Source of the DNA: Eledone cirrhosa | Lineage: Eukaryota | Length of the DNA stretch: 64,000 nt | Direction: 5' to 3' | Assembly: GCA_964016885.1 (NCBI GenBank) | Contig: OZ024745.1 | Span: forward strand, 8,432,001 to 8,496,000 | Part shown: piece after piece, positions 12,135 through 24,904 of the stretch | Position numbering within the stretch: the first letter of the stretch is position 1 | Layout: every line of letters starts with the position of its first letter | Notes under the pieces: model-generated | Seen by the model: the letters and a program-made list of their open reading frames with translations, nothing else | The model's database searches: none | What the model was told of the DNA's origin: nothing | Translations under genes and position numbers: made by a program

Positions 12135-12475
12135 TTGTTACTACTTTTGGCACAAGGCCAGCAATTATTCCAGTGTATTACTGGTACTTTATTGTATCGA
12201 CCCCGTAAGGATGAAAGGCAAAGTTAACCTCGGCGGGATTTGAACTCAGATCATAAAGGGCGTAACTCTTGCTGTAATGCATGGCGTCCCACCCTCTACC
12301 GATACTGCCTCTCCACCAATAATAATAATAATAATTGTTTCTACTTTTGGCACAAGGCCATCAATTACCCACTACATTACTGGTACTTTATTGTATCGAC
12401 CCCGTAAGGATGAAAGGCAAAGTTAACCTCGGCGGGATTTGAACTCAGACCGTAAAGGGACGTAACTATGATGGA
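12135..12475 (-). mobile_element. Two tandem SINE copies (12135-12316; 12335-12475, 5'-truncated) in (AAT)n
   Basis: Same B box, body and tail as 6521-6918. Confidence 0.9.
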
Positions 12476-12578
12476 AATAATAATAATAATGATTTTAATA
12501 ATAATAATAATAAACGAAAGATATATATATATAGTTTATATCATTTCTATTTCATTATATCATACGTATATTATATCG

Positions 12579-12756
12579 TGGATTGGCAGTATCGGTAGAG
12601 GGTCGGACGCTTAGACGCATAGAGTTACGGCCCTTGCCATTCTGAGTTCAAATCCCGCCGAGGTTAACTTTGCCTTTCATCCTTACGGGGTCGATAAAAT
12701 AAAGTACCAGTAATACACTGAGTAATTGCTGGCCTTGTGTCAAAAATAGAAACAAT
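12579..12756 (+). mobile_element. tRNA-derived SINE
   Basis: TGGCAGTATCGG, GAGTTCAAATCC, ends GGCCTTGTGTCAAAAATAGAAACAATT. Confidence 0.9.
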
Positions 12757-13104
12757 TATATCATTATAGTACAGATATGTGTGTGTGTATGTGTGTGTGT
12801 ATGTGAGGGTGTGGTAGTGTGTGTGTGTATATGTGTGGATGTGGTAGTGTGTGTGTGTGAGTGTGTGTATATGTGGTAGTGTGAATGTGTATGTGAAGGT
12901 GTGGTGGTGTGTGTGTGTGTATGTGAGGGTGTGGTGGTGTGTGTGTGTATGTGTGTATGTGTGTGGTAGTATGGGTGTGCAGGTTATGGTAATGGGGAAA
13001 GATCGGAGAAGTGTTACCAGAGTATGGTGGCAGGAAGGTGTAGTAATATAAATATAGAGAAAATGCCTCTTGACTTTTGAATCAGAACCAAATATATAAT
13101 ATAT

Positions 13105-13161
<57 letters not shown>

Positions 13162-14601
13162 TATAGCAACAATGAACAAGCTTAAAACAAAACAAAAGAT
13201 TAAATTTTAAAAAGTGAAAGAACAACAAAGACAAAAAACAAAAAAAGTCCGGAAAAAACAAAAAAAAGTAAGAAAAGTGTTAAAATAAATGTAAGTCTGC
13301 AGACAGGAGAATGACGTGTAAAGTGGAAATATAGTGGAATTTCAAAGAGGCCGCTGACGACTGAACAATAATAGGATTTATAGACATACAAATATACACA
13401 CATATATACATATATATATAGTTATACATATACAATATATATATATATATGTATGGGTACACACAGTTAGAGAGAGAGGGGGGAGAGAGAAAGAAACAAG
13501 TGTATAGAAATAAAAATAAAAGAGCGAAGATAAAATTTCTTCCTATGTCGCTTTAGTTTCCAAATATGAGAAGAGAGAAAGAGGGTGAGAGACAGTAGGG
13601 AGAGAGAAAGAGAGAGGTGGAGTGAAACATAGGGGGATAGTGAGAGTGAGAGAGTGAGAGGAGGGGGGGAGTGAGAGATAGAGAAGGAGTGAGAGAGAGG
13701 GAGAAGAGGAGAGAGAGGAGACGAGAGGTGGAGGGAGAGGGAGAGAGATCGAAAGAGGGGGAGTGAGAGAGAGTGAGAGATAGAGAAGGAGTGAGAGAGA
13801 GAGGGAGAGTGAGGGAGGGGGAATGGGAGAGGGAGAAGAGTTGTGTGATGTTTGATATAAAAGCTAAGTAAAGATAAATAAAAGACAAACTACAAAACAA
13901 ACATCAAAACCAACAACAAAACGAAAACAAAGGAAAAAGAGGAAATTTATATTATATGACAACAACAACAACAACAATATTGAAAAAAAATCGACGAAGA
14001 AGAAAAGAAAGAAAGGGAAAATAAGAAAAAAGCTTTTTTGTAAATTTATTAAATGGTAATAGTTGTTGTTTTAAAGAAAACTAGAGTTTAATTGGGGAGT
14101 TAGGGAGATATATAGAGAGGGGGAGAGTGGTAGTGAGATATATAGAGAGGGGGAGAGAGGTATGTAGAGAGGGGAAAGAGTGGTGGTAGTGAGATATATA
14201 GAAAGGGGGAGAGAGCGGAAGTCAGATATATAGAGAGGGAGAGAAAGGGGGAGTGGTAGTGAAAAATGTAGAGGGGAGAAGGAGGAGGAGAAAGAATGAG
14301 TGGTTGGGTGTGACGGAGAGTGAGAGTTGGAGGGGGAGACAAGGATGAAACAGAATTTGAAAGAGAAAGAAAAAAAAAAGAATGTTTTGTGTTTTTTTCT
14401 TGTTTCTTTTTTTCTTTTTTCCTCTTTGGTAATTTTGTTTTTAATGTAAATATCAAATGAAATATCAAATCATGTTTCTCTCTCTCTCTCACTCACTCAC
14501 TATATATATATATATATACATATATATATGAGGGTGTATATATGCATATATTTATTTATATATTTATTTATACATATACACTGAAGCACGTGCGCACTTA
14601 C

Positions 14602-14655
<54 letters not shown>

Positions 14656-14668
14656 TTGGTTTACAAAT

Positions 14669-14716
14669 ACGCTACATATGTTTCAAAGTTGTGGATACCA
14701 GCCTTTCGCCAGGCTT
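14669..14716 (-). ncRNA. Degenerate hammerhead-like motif upstream of (TA)n
   Basis: Minus strand: AAGC-CTGGCGA-AAGGCTG..CAACTTT-GAAA-CATATG-TA-GCGT; palindromic helix III, A6G change, imperfect helices. Confidence 0.5.
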
Positions 14717-15204
14717 GTACATATATGTGTGTGGTCGGTGATGTTAAAAGGGTGGCAATGAACTAAAATAGGCCTCTATCTACAACTGTTTTGTTGGATA
14801 TGTTAAGGCCCCAATCTCCCATCATTTATCGACCCCTTGAATTATACGTTCGATTCCCGACACAGTAACCTCTCACTCCTACCTAGATTCCTTCTCACCC
14901 CTCCTACTGGCCTCCGTTACTCTCCTCCGCCTTGGTCATCTCTCCACTATGTCTTCCAGATTTAGTTATCAAACATGGCCCACCATTGTAACATTACCAC
15001 ACTTTCTTCCAACCTGTCACACCCGTGTCTTATTTACTGTACTACTGTCATAACCCCCACCCCAATAGCTTACCCCCTCCCCCTCCTTTCCTCCGTCCTA
15101 AAATCCTATCTGCGTTCATCCATTCCGACCAACTATTCTGTAATTCCCCTCACACCCTTCAAGGGCACCCACAACCTTTCTCACCTATTTCTACAAGGTC
15201 TTCT

Positions 15205-15910
15205 ATCACACCCTATTCTATCACACCCACCACATTCTATCACACCCCATTCTATCACACCCACCACATTCTATCACACCCCATTCTATCACACCCACCC
15301 CATTCTATCACACCCTATTCTATCACACCCACCCCATTCTATCACACCCCATTCTATCACACCCCATTCTATCACACCCACCCCATTCTATCACACCCAT
15401 CCCATTCTATCACACCCCATTCTATCACACCCACCCCATTCTATCACACCCCATTCTATCACACCCACCCCATTCTATCACATCCCATTCTATCACACTT
15501 CCTTCCTATTCTTGCTACCCACTCTGATATTATACATGTCTGTTTACCACCATTACCACCACCATCACCGCCATCACCATCACCACCACCATCACTATCA
15601 TCATCATCACCACCACCATCACCACCACCATCACCACTGCCATCACCACCATCACCATCACCATCAGCACCACCATCACTACTACCATCACCACCATCAC
15701 CATTACCAACACCATCACCATCACCATCACCACCACCATCACCATCACCATCACCAACACCACCACCTCCATCACCATCACCATCAACATCATCACCATC
15801 ATCACCATCACCATCATCACGACCATCACCACCACCATCACCATCACCACCACCACTTTACTAGCCACATTACCACCATCACCATCACTATCATCACCAC
15901 CATCACCACT
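15205..15910. repeat. 15/19-bp minisatellite (ACCCCATTCTATCAC, ~15205-15497) followed by (CAC/CAT)n
   Basis: Directly visible; explains the His/Pro-rich ORFs. Confidence 0.93.
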
Positions 15911-16088
15911 TTACTAACCACACCATCCACACCTCAGACACTCTTCAGTAGTTGTACCTTCTCTAAGCCGTTCTACCTGTCTAAGGTAATTGTTGTGACG
16001 TCATTTACACCTGTCACATCACTGATTAGTTGATCTTTTATCTGAACATCTCCGTGACATTTGTCTCGGAAACCCCTTGTCTTTTGTC

Positions 16089-18857
16089 ACATGTCCGGAC
16101 ATTCCATTAATAAGTTGGACATGTCTGGAGTTCCATTAATAAGTTGGACATCTCTGGAGTTCCATTAATAAGTTGGACATGTCTGGAGTTCCATTAATAA
16201 GTTGGACATCTCTGGAGTTCCATTAATAAGTTGGACATCTCTGGAGTTCCATTAATAAGTTGGACGTGTCTGGAGTTCCATTAATAAGTTGGACATGTCT
16301 GGAGTTCCATTAATAAGTTGGACATCTCTGGAGTTCCATTAATAAGTTGGACGTGTTTGGAGTTCCATTAATAAGTTGGACATGTCTGGAGTTCCATTAA
16401 TAAGTTGGACGTGTCTGGAGTTCCATTAATAAGTTGGACATCTCTGGAGTTCCATTAATAAGTTGGACATGTCTGGAGTTCCATTAATAAGTTGGACATC
16501 TCTGGAGTTCCATTAATAAGTTGGACATGTCTGGAGTTCCATTAATAAGTTGGACATCTCTGGAGTTCCATTAATAAGTTGGACGTGTCTGGAGTTCCAT
16601 TAATAAGTTGGACATGTCTGGAGTTCCATTAATAAGTTGGACATCTCTGGAGTTCCATTAATAAGTTGGACGTGTTTGGAGTTCCATTAATAAGTTGGAC
16701 ATGTCTGGAGTTCCATTAATAAGTTGGACATGTCTGGAGTTCCATTAATAAGTTGGACATGTCTGGAGTTCCATTAATAAGTTGGACGTGTTTGGAGTTC
16801 CATTAATAAGTTGGACGTGTCTGGAGTTCCATTAATAAGTTGGACATCTCTGGAGTTCCATTAATAAGTTGGACATGTCTGGAGTTCCATTAATAAGTTG
16901 GACATCTCTGGACTTCCATTAATAAGTTGGACGTGTTTGGAGTTCCATTAATAAGTTAGACATGTCTGGAGTTCCATTAATAAGTTAGACATGTCTGGAG
17001 TTCCATTAATAAGTTGGACATGTCTGGAGTTCCATTAATAAGTTGGACATGTCTGGAGTTCCATTAATAAGTTGGACATGTCTGGAGTTCCATTAATAAG
17101 TTGGACGTGTCTGGAGTTCCATTAATAAGTTGGACATGTCTGGAGTTCCATTAATAAGTTGGACATGTCTGGAGTTCCATTAATAAGTTGGACATGTCTG
17201 GAGTTCCATTAATAAGTTGGACATGTCTGGAGTTCCATTAATAAGTTGGACATGTCTGGAGTTCCATTAATAAGTTGGACATGTCTGGAGTTCCATTAAT
17301 AAGTTAGACATGTCTGGAGTTCCATTAATAAGTTGGACATGTCTGGAGTTCCATTAATAAGTTGGACATGTCTGGAGTTCCATTAATAAGTTAGACATGT
17401 CTGGAGTTCCATTAATAAGTTGGACATGTCTGGAGTTCCATTAATAAGTTGGACATGTCTGGAGTTCCATTAATAAGTTAGACATGTCTGGAGTTCCATT
17501 AATAAGTTGGACATGTCTGGAGTTCCATTAATAAGTTGGACATGTCTGGAGTTCCATTAATAAGTTGGACATGTCTGGAGTTCCATTAATAAGTTGGACA
17601 TGTCTGGAGTTCCATTAATAAGTTGGACATGTCTGGAGTTCCATTAATAAGTTGGACATGTCTGGAGTTCCATTAATAAGTTGGACATGTCTGGAGTTCC
17701 ATTAATAAGTTAGACATGTCTGGAGTTCCATTAATAAGTTGGACATGTCTGGAGTTCCATTAATAAGTTGGACATGTCTGGAGTTCCATTAATAAGTTGG
17801 ACGTGTCTGGAGTTCCATTAATAAGTTGGACATCTCTGGAGTTCCATTAATAAGTTGGACATGTCTGGAGTTCCATTAATAAGTTGGACATCTCTGGAGT
17901 TCCATTAATAAGTTGGACATGTCTGGAGTTCCATTAATAAGTTGGACATCTCTGGAGTTCCATTAATAAGTTGGACGTGTCTGGAGTTCCATTAATAAGT
18001 TGGACATGTCTGGAGTTCCATTAATAAGTTGGACATCTCTGGAGTTCCATTAATAAGTTGGACGTGTTTGGAGTTCCATTAATAAGTTGGACATGTCTGG
18101 AGTTCCATTAATAAGTTGGACATGTCTGGAGTTCCATTAATAAGTTGGACATGTCTGGAGTTCCATTAATAAGTTGGACGTGTTTGGAGTTCCATTAATA
18201 AGTTGGACGTGTCTGGAGTTCCATTAATAAGTTGGACATCTCTGGAGTTCCATTAATAAGTTGGACATGTCTGGAGTTCCATTAATAAGTTGGACATCTC
18301 TGGAGTTCCATTAATAAGTTGGACGTGTTTGGAGTTCCATTAATAAGTTGGACATGTCTGGAGTTCCATTAATAAGTTGGACATGTCTGGAGTTCCATTA
18401 ATAAGTTGGACGTGTCTGGAGTTCCATTAATAAGTTGGACATGTCTGGAGTTCCATTAATAAGTTGGACATGTCTGGAGTTCCATTAATAAGTTGGACGT
18501 GTCTGGAGTTCCATTAATAAGTTTGACGTGTCTGGAGTTCCATTAATAAGTTTGACGTGTCTGGAGTTCCATTAATAAGTTGGACATGTCTGGAGTTCCA
18601 TTAATAAGTTGGACGTGTCTGGAGTTCCATTAATAAGTTGGACGTGTCTGGAGTTCCATTAATAAGTTGGACATGTCTGGAGTTCCATTAATAAGTTGGA
18701 TATGTCTGGAGTTCCATTAATAAGTTGGACGTGTCTGGAGTTCCATTAATAAGTTGGACATGTCTGGAGTTCCATTAATAAGTTTGACGTGTCTGGAGTT
18801 CCATTAATAAGTTGGACATGTCTGGAGTTCCATTAATAAGTTGGACGTGTCTGGAGT
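16089..18857. repeat. 29-bp tandem satellite GTTGGACATGTCTGGAGTTCCATTAATAA, ~95 copies
   Basis: Unit starts at 16114, 16143, 16172 and so on; no spacers; few variant positions. Confidence 0.98.
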
Positions 18858-18858
18858 C

Positions 18859-19035
18859 CGCAGGTGTGAGACTCGCGAGTTGGAATGGCTCTTCCAGCGC
18901 ATCTCCCTTACCATCCTCCGGGGAAACGCCTTCGCCGTCCTGTCAGCCGGGGCTGTGGGGAGGCCAGCACGTGGGACTCCATTTGCTCACCATACGAATT
19001 AATAGGCAAAGTTATAAACTATTGTAAATAAATAA
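18859..19035 (+). mobile_element. 3' end of a CRE-like RLE non-LTR retrotransposon
   Basis: 18859-19002 translates RRCETRELEWLFQRISLTILRGNAFAVL...*, like the QRISxxxxRGNA C-terminus of CRE-type elements; AATAAA follows. Confidence 0.6.
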
Positions 19036-19408
19036 TTATAGTGAAACCAGTCCAGAGTAAACCAGAAACAATTTAGTTTTAGTTTACAAACAAGAAACAA
19101 GTATCTGATATCAAAAATACAATTTTGACAATGTTCCATTTTATCAAAATGTTTCCAATCGTCCATTACACTTGATATCGTTGATCCACTCTAACATTAT
19201 CATATAAAACACATCCTGTTAGATGTGTGTGTGGGGGGGGGGGGGGGGATAAACATCTGTCTATGAGCAGGCGTGCGTCAAAATGAGTATGACTCCTGTG
19301 TCGAAAAATATGTGTATACAAATTAATATTATTTATGTATACAAATTAATATTATTTATGTATATTATTATATTAATGTTTTGATGTATATATATATATA
19401 TATATATA

Positions 19409-19448
<40 letters not shown>

Positions 19449-19450
<2 letters not shown>

Positions 19451-21741
19451 AGTTGCATTTATCTTGCTTTATGTTCATACGATTTATCACCAAGTCACAA
19501 CCAGTGACCTCAAGAGACAACAAGGTCCGCCATGTTCAAGAAAGAACATACTTATTCACACATGCATCTTTAGTGTTTAGACTTGTGATGTACTTATATT
19601 GACAGAATATTCCTTAGTATATGGGCAGTTCCCATTAGTACTATCTTTTGTATTTCTCCTATACGCGGGTTTCCTGGGATTTGCGATAAGTAATCATTAG
19701 ACCCCTTAGGTATCATTCCCAGAGCGCCTACAATCACTGGTATTGTTTTAGTTCTCAATTTCCACATTTTTTCCAATTTCTATCTCCAGGTCCTTATACT
19801 TGATCAATTTTTCAAATGTTTTTATAGATACATTCTTGTCTTTTGGAACAGACATATCAATTAGCAGGCATACCCTCTTTTGAAAGTCTTTCAATATTAT
19901 ATCAGGTCTGTTTGCATTCTATTTTTCGGTCTGTATGGATGCTAAAGTTCCACAAGATTGAGATGTGATCTTTTTCAAGTATGGGAGGTGGTTGATGCTC
20001 CCACCAATTCTTTTGATGGGGCAGGTCAAAATGCTTACACATTATCCAATGTATGTATTGTGCAGCTCTGTCATGCCTGTTTAGGTATTCGGTTGGAGCT
20101 ATAGGACTGCACATTGAAATTATATGGTCAATGGTCTCTGGTTGTTTTTTGCATACACGGCATAATGGGCTGCACCCATTTTTTATTATGTTGGCTTGGT
20201 AATTTTTTGTTGGCAGACACTGATCTTGTGCCGATATAATCAGTCCTTCAGTCTCCGATTTCAGTCCAGAGGATGCCAACCACTGATGGATTAAAGTTTT
20301 GTCAACATCAGGACTGTTAGCTCGCTCTGGGTATTTTCCATACAGAGGCTTTTCTTGCCATTTCTTAGCCAGTTTCTGTAGCAGTTCTTTCTTTGCAGTT
20401 ACTTTTACCTGCTTTGCTTTTTCTGTGTTTTCCATTTCAGCAGTAAATGGGACTTCTGAAATTTGTAGTCCATTACTGCATCTTTGTGCATCTTTTGTAA
20501 TGGAATATGATCTTTTGATGCTTTCGTGTTTCAAAACGAGTTTGATCATCCAATCATGTGATTCCCTTAGATATGTAGATAATCCAATTGTTGCAATTTT
20601 CAACGCAATGTCTAACTGGATTAACCCACGTCCTCCTTCTTTCCTAGGGAGATATATTCTATCTATATCTGCCTTAGGGTGATGCATTCTGTGCATGGTT
20701 AAGAGTTTTCGAATTTTTGTATCGAGCCTACGGATCTCTGTGCTTGACCAGTTGATGACATTGTAACTGTAGGTTACTACTGGTATGGCAAGCGTGTTTA
20801 TGGCATCGATCCTATTCCTTGCATTCAATTCCGTTCTTAAGATTGCTCTTACTCTGCGGTAAAATTCCTTCCTTATCCTTTCCCTCATTGTCGAGTGCTT
20901 GATTCCGTCTCCTTCACAAACACCTAGATATTTGTAAGTTTTTTCTTGATCAAGTTCTCTTATCACGTTCCCCCGATCAAGATTAATGTCTGAACTCTTC
21001 AGCAGCTTTCCTCTGGTGAACGTTGCTTTGGCGCATTTGTCTAGTCCAAACTCCATTTTAATGTCATCACTGAACTGCTCCACAGTGGATAATAGCCCTT
21101 GCAATTGTTCATCATTTTTTGCAAATAGTTTCAGGTCATCCATGTAGAACAAGTGATTAATGGTTTTGTCATAGACTTTATATCCATGTTTTGTTTCATT
21201 GAGCATTTTACTTAATGGTATAAGTGCGATGCAGAATAAAAGCGGTGATAAAGAGTCACCCTGAAAAATTCCACAATTAATATTAACTTCTCCAGCTTCC
21301 AGTGATTTTGTTTCACTATTCAAAAGGAGTGTCGTTTTCCATGTCTTCATACTGAATGACAAAAACCTCCTGACAACGGGGGATATTTTGAAAATCTCTA
21401 AACATTTTTCAATCCAACTGTGTGGCAAACTATCGAATGCTTTTTTATAATCTATCCAAGCAATCGATAGATTTTTGTGTCTATTATGACAATCTTCCAG
21501 TATCATTTTGTTAACCAGAAGCTGATCCTTACAGCCATATGAGCCTCGTTTACACCCTTTCTGCTCAATGGGAAATAGGTCATTTGTTATCAGGTGGTCA
21601 TATGTGTATTCAGTTAGGACTGATGTTAAAATGTTATACATTGTGGTCAAGCAAGTTATCGGTCTGTAATTTTTGGGATTGTTTGTCTCATCATTCTTCG
21701 GAAGCAGGAATGTAATGCCGTTAACTAGCCATGAAGGTATC
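19449..21741 (-). mobile_element. R4/Dong-type RLE LINE, 5'-truncated, in (TAA)n
   Basis: RT, CCHC finger and restriction-like endonuclease; (TTA)n at 19409-19448 and 21742-21800. Confidence 0.88.
19594..21741 (-). pseudogene. RT-CCHC-RLE ORF, 5'-truncated, frameshifts near the C-terminus
   Basis: IDYKKAFDS, GIFQGDSLSPLLF, YMDD, YKYLG, CRVC..ETIDHIISMC, RHD, RPD..IDMSVP, PVIVGALG. Confidence 0.9.
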
Positions 21742-21800
<59 letters not shown>

Positions 21801-24540
21801 GGCGACCTACGTAGTAAATCGTATCATCGTGAGCTCCGCAAAGGTTTGTTATTTCCGTTTGTTAAAAATTGTCATTTATGGAAAATTTTATTGTTAACTG
21901 TTTATAAGCGCACATACATTGTTTTCCGAAAAGGACACCCAAAAAGATTGGGGCCTTGTGCCCAAAATTTAAACTTTTATTATTATCAAAAAATTTCTTT
22001 GAAAAAAAATGGCTAATTCACCTCTGCACCAAGCAGCTGAAAGCCTTCCTCACAAATTAACACCTCACACCGACACCACCATTGTAAATGTTACTACGTT
22101 TGCCAACACAAAAAAAAATATAAGCAGTAGCAATATTTTAAATTGTCTCAGGCAGACATTCATTTCCCGCCATTAACAATGACTGCAGGTGTTAAAGCCT
22201 CCACCACCACCACCACCGCGACAACCCCCACCCCCACCACCACCGCGACAACAGAAACAAAAGAAGAAAAAAATAAATAAACTCGTGATGTCGAAATGAA
22301 ATCAAGCAAAATGGACTCTTCCCCACCAAAGACGACTGACGTCACCACCACCACAACTGAAACTAAAATTAATATTAACACAAATAACGATAGCAACAAT
22401 AACAACAATGACATTATAAAACCGACCCTCAGTTTCGCCAGAGTAGCAAAACAGTTCGAAGCATTTACGGTAACTCAGGAGGATTTAGAAAATGCCAAAA
22501 AAATGGTAAAGAAAGATGGGTACAGGGTCAGCCTCACCCCCCCCCCCCACCTAATAAAATGGAGCATCGGCGCCTATGCACAGTGTCGTATAGAACAATA
22601 AATGTAAAATCGCGCCGAGTGGAACGGGCATCCGAGTCCCAAATCCAAAAAGCTTTGGGACATGTGTGGGCAAGAAAAACCCACATCAGACGTGGGCAAA
22701 AGTATGGAACCGTGGACGTGTTCTTTGAAACACCACAGGAGGCTAGAGAACACTCCATGGCCCCATTAAGAAGTGACGACTTCACACTCGTCCCAAGCTA
22801 TTGTGGCCAGAGACTCGTAAAGATCAGGGTGACCCACGTTCCACCGGCCATCGAAATTCCCTGGCTAATAGCGGCCGTCCTCGCCGGCATCGAAGCCAAC
22901 ACAAAAATAATAGCAATAGCAAAAGAAAAGCAGGAGAACTGGTCCGGATCTGGGATGGAGCTCCTGATCCAAGCGGACCAAAAAAGCATTGAGGAGATCC
23001 CAGAGGTAATAGACCTCACTGACGGCAGCCACCTCACGGTAATTGTCGAGGGCAGAAGACCTAGGTGTGTCGTTTGTGATGAAGGAACCCACCTAAGTGC
23101 TTTCTGCCCTCAGGCTAAAAGGTTGAGGCCACCTCTCCTACCCACCCCAGTGACACAACCATCAACACCACCAGTAGCAGAGATGGCAGCAACAACTGTA
23201 GCAGCAACAACAGAAGCAACTATAACAGCAACAACCCCAGCAACAGTAGCAAAACCACCACCACCACCACCCAACGCTTCAGAACTAGCACCAGCGCCTA
23301 CACCATCCACTACGCCACAACCAAAACTAACGCCTGTGGAGGATTTTCCACTCCCCGGCCTATCACAACTGGAGACAGATTGTGACGACGAGGAGTGGGA
23401 AACGATATCCGGAAAAAAAAAAAAAACCAAAAAAGAAAAAATTCTCTTCCTTCCCCCTCCAAAAACAAAATACAGAGGGAAACAAATAAACTAAGAAACA
23501 AAAAAGTTAGGACAGATATGCCACCATCCACACCAGCATCACCAACCCCATCAACCCAAACACCAACACCATCATTAACTCCAACACCACCATCACCTAC
23601 ACCACAAAAGTCACCAAAATGCGAAACAGAAACAAACCCACAACAAACGCAAACAAAACAAAACAACCAAAACGATACACACTACACAGCATTAAATTTG
23701 AACAACAACCAATTATTACACTACATCCAACACAACACCAGCATCACAGAAAAAGACTACACAACAACCCCAAAATTCACACCACCTCCACACATACAAA
23801 TCACTCGCATCACACAGAAAACGTACATGACACTAAAACAAAAATTCCCCAAAGAACTCGGAGACTTCCGACAAGCACTCTCCAGGAGGATTTATAAGGA
23901 CATCCTTCCTGAGGAGGCCACAAGCAGTGAAAAGGATGGAAAAACCGTCCTTCCCCTACGAGAAGTAAGGTAAGTGGTCTTTCCCATCTTTTCCACTCCA
24001 TTTCAACATGACCTCACTCAGAATAGGCAGCATAAATGCGCGTGGCTTGGGGTCGTCATGGAAGCAGGGCCACCTGCTCAACGACCTCAGGTCACTAAAC
24101 ATAGATGTAGTGGCCATCAGCGAGACCAGAATCTCCGAAGCACGAGCCTTCGCACCGATCTTCGGCGGCTACGATGTGTACGCATCTCCCAGCCGTCCGG
24201 GATCGGGGGGAGGAGTTGCTGTGCTTTTTCGGAGAGGTTTGGATCTTGCCATACGGGCCATCTTCCTGGACCCAGAAGGTAAGTTGGTGGTGCTGGACGT
24301 GACCAGCGGAGACGGGCAAGCTTTCAGGTTAGTGGCCGTCTATGCCCCGACAGGAGCAGGGCGGCCTGAATTCTTCCGGCGTCTGGAGACCTTTCTTGGA
24401 ACGTCCCGCTCTTTAGTGTTAGTGGGCGACTGGAACGGGATCTTAGATGCACGCTGGGACTGTGTGGGATTAGCGGATAGGGGAGGAGGGTGCAAGAGCC
24501 TCACCAACCTGCTCAGGCGTTTTGAACTGTCTGACAGGTA
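21801..24540 (+). mobile_element. Tx1-like LINE copy B, 5' end intact, truncated inside the endonuclease
   Basis: Starts right after (TTA)n; frameshifted ORF1 22009-23973 with CVVCDEGTHLSAFC; ORF2 from 24008 breaks at ~24540. Confidence 0.92.
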
Positions 24541-24541
24541 A

Positions 24542-24892
24542 CGCAATAGTGATTGCCTAAACACGAGAAGTGAATTTTTCACACGTTGTCCACACGTCAC
24601 CAAACATCTATTGCATAACTACAAGGCTCCGGACTGATTCCTTGTAATTTGATTTTTAAATTTTTTTTATTTTATTTTCAACCTGAAAACTTTCCGGACT
24701 TTCGCAGTTATCTCCCTTACACCTCCCGCACGCAGTCTAGTATTGCCTGTGTGAAGTGACCGAGTTTCTGCGCATGCGCGTCCGTACGGTTGTCCTTCCT
24801 GTTCCTATAACCATACACATCCCGAGCTGAAGATCCGCGAAGGTGAAACAATTGTTCTCGGTATGGTGAACTAACTGTTGTGTAACCACGTC
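24542..24892 (+). mobile_element. 5'-truncated Penelope-like (Naiad-type) 3' end: ORF C-terminus, UTR, hammerhead, (TA)n
   Basis: 24542-24637 translates RNSDCLNTRSEFFTRCPHVTKHLLHNYKAPD*, sharing the (L/I)NxRx(E/D)xxxxCxH end of the GIY-YIG ORF at 47722-48387. Confidence 0.75.
24810..24867 (+). ncRNA. Type I hammerhead ribozyme, canonical core, extended bulged helix I
   Basis: ACCATA-cacatc-CCGAG-CTGAAGA-tCC-gcgaa-GGt-GAAA-CAATTG-TT-CTCGG-TATGGT; predicted cleavage after GUU at 24856. Confidence 0.78.
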
Positions 24893-24904
24893 TATATATA
24901 TATA

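Noticed and set aside
12579-12660. tRNA gene
   Set aside because: The A and B boxes belong to the tRNA-derived head of a multi-copy SINE; no cloverleaf.
16089-18857. 29-bp repeats as a CRISPR array
   Set aside because: Units are contiguous with no unique spacers, no cas genes are present, and the context is eukaryotic.
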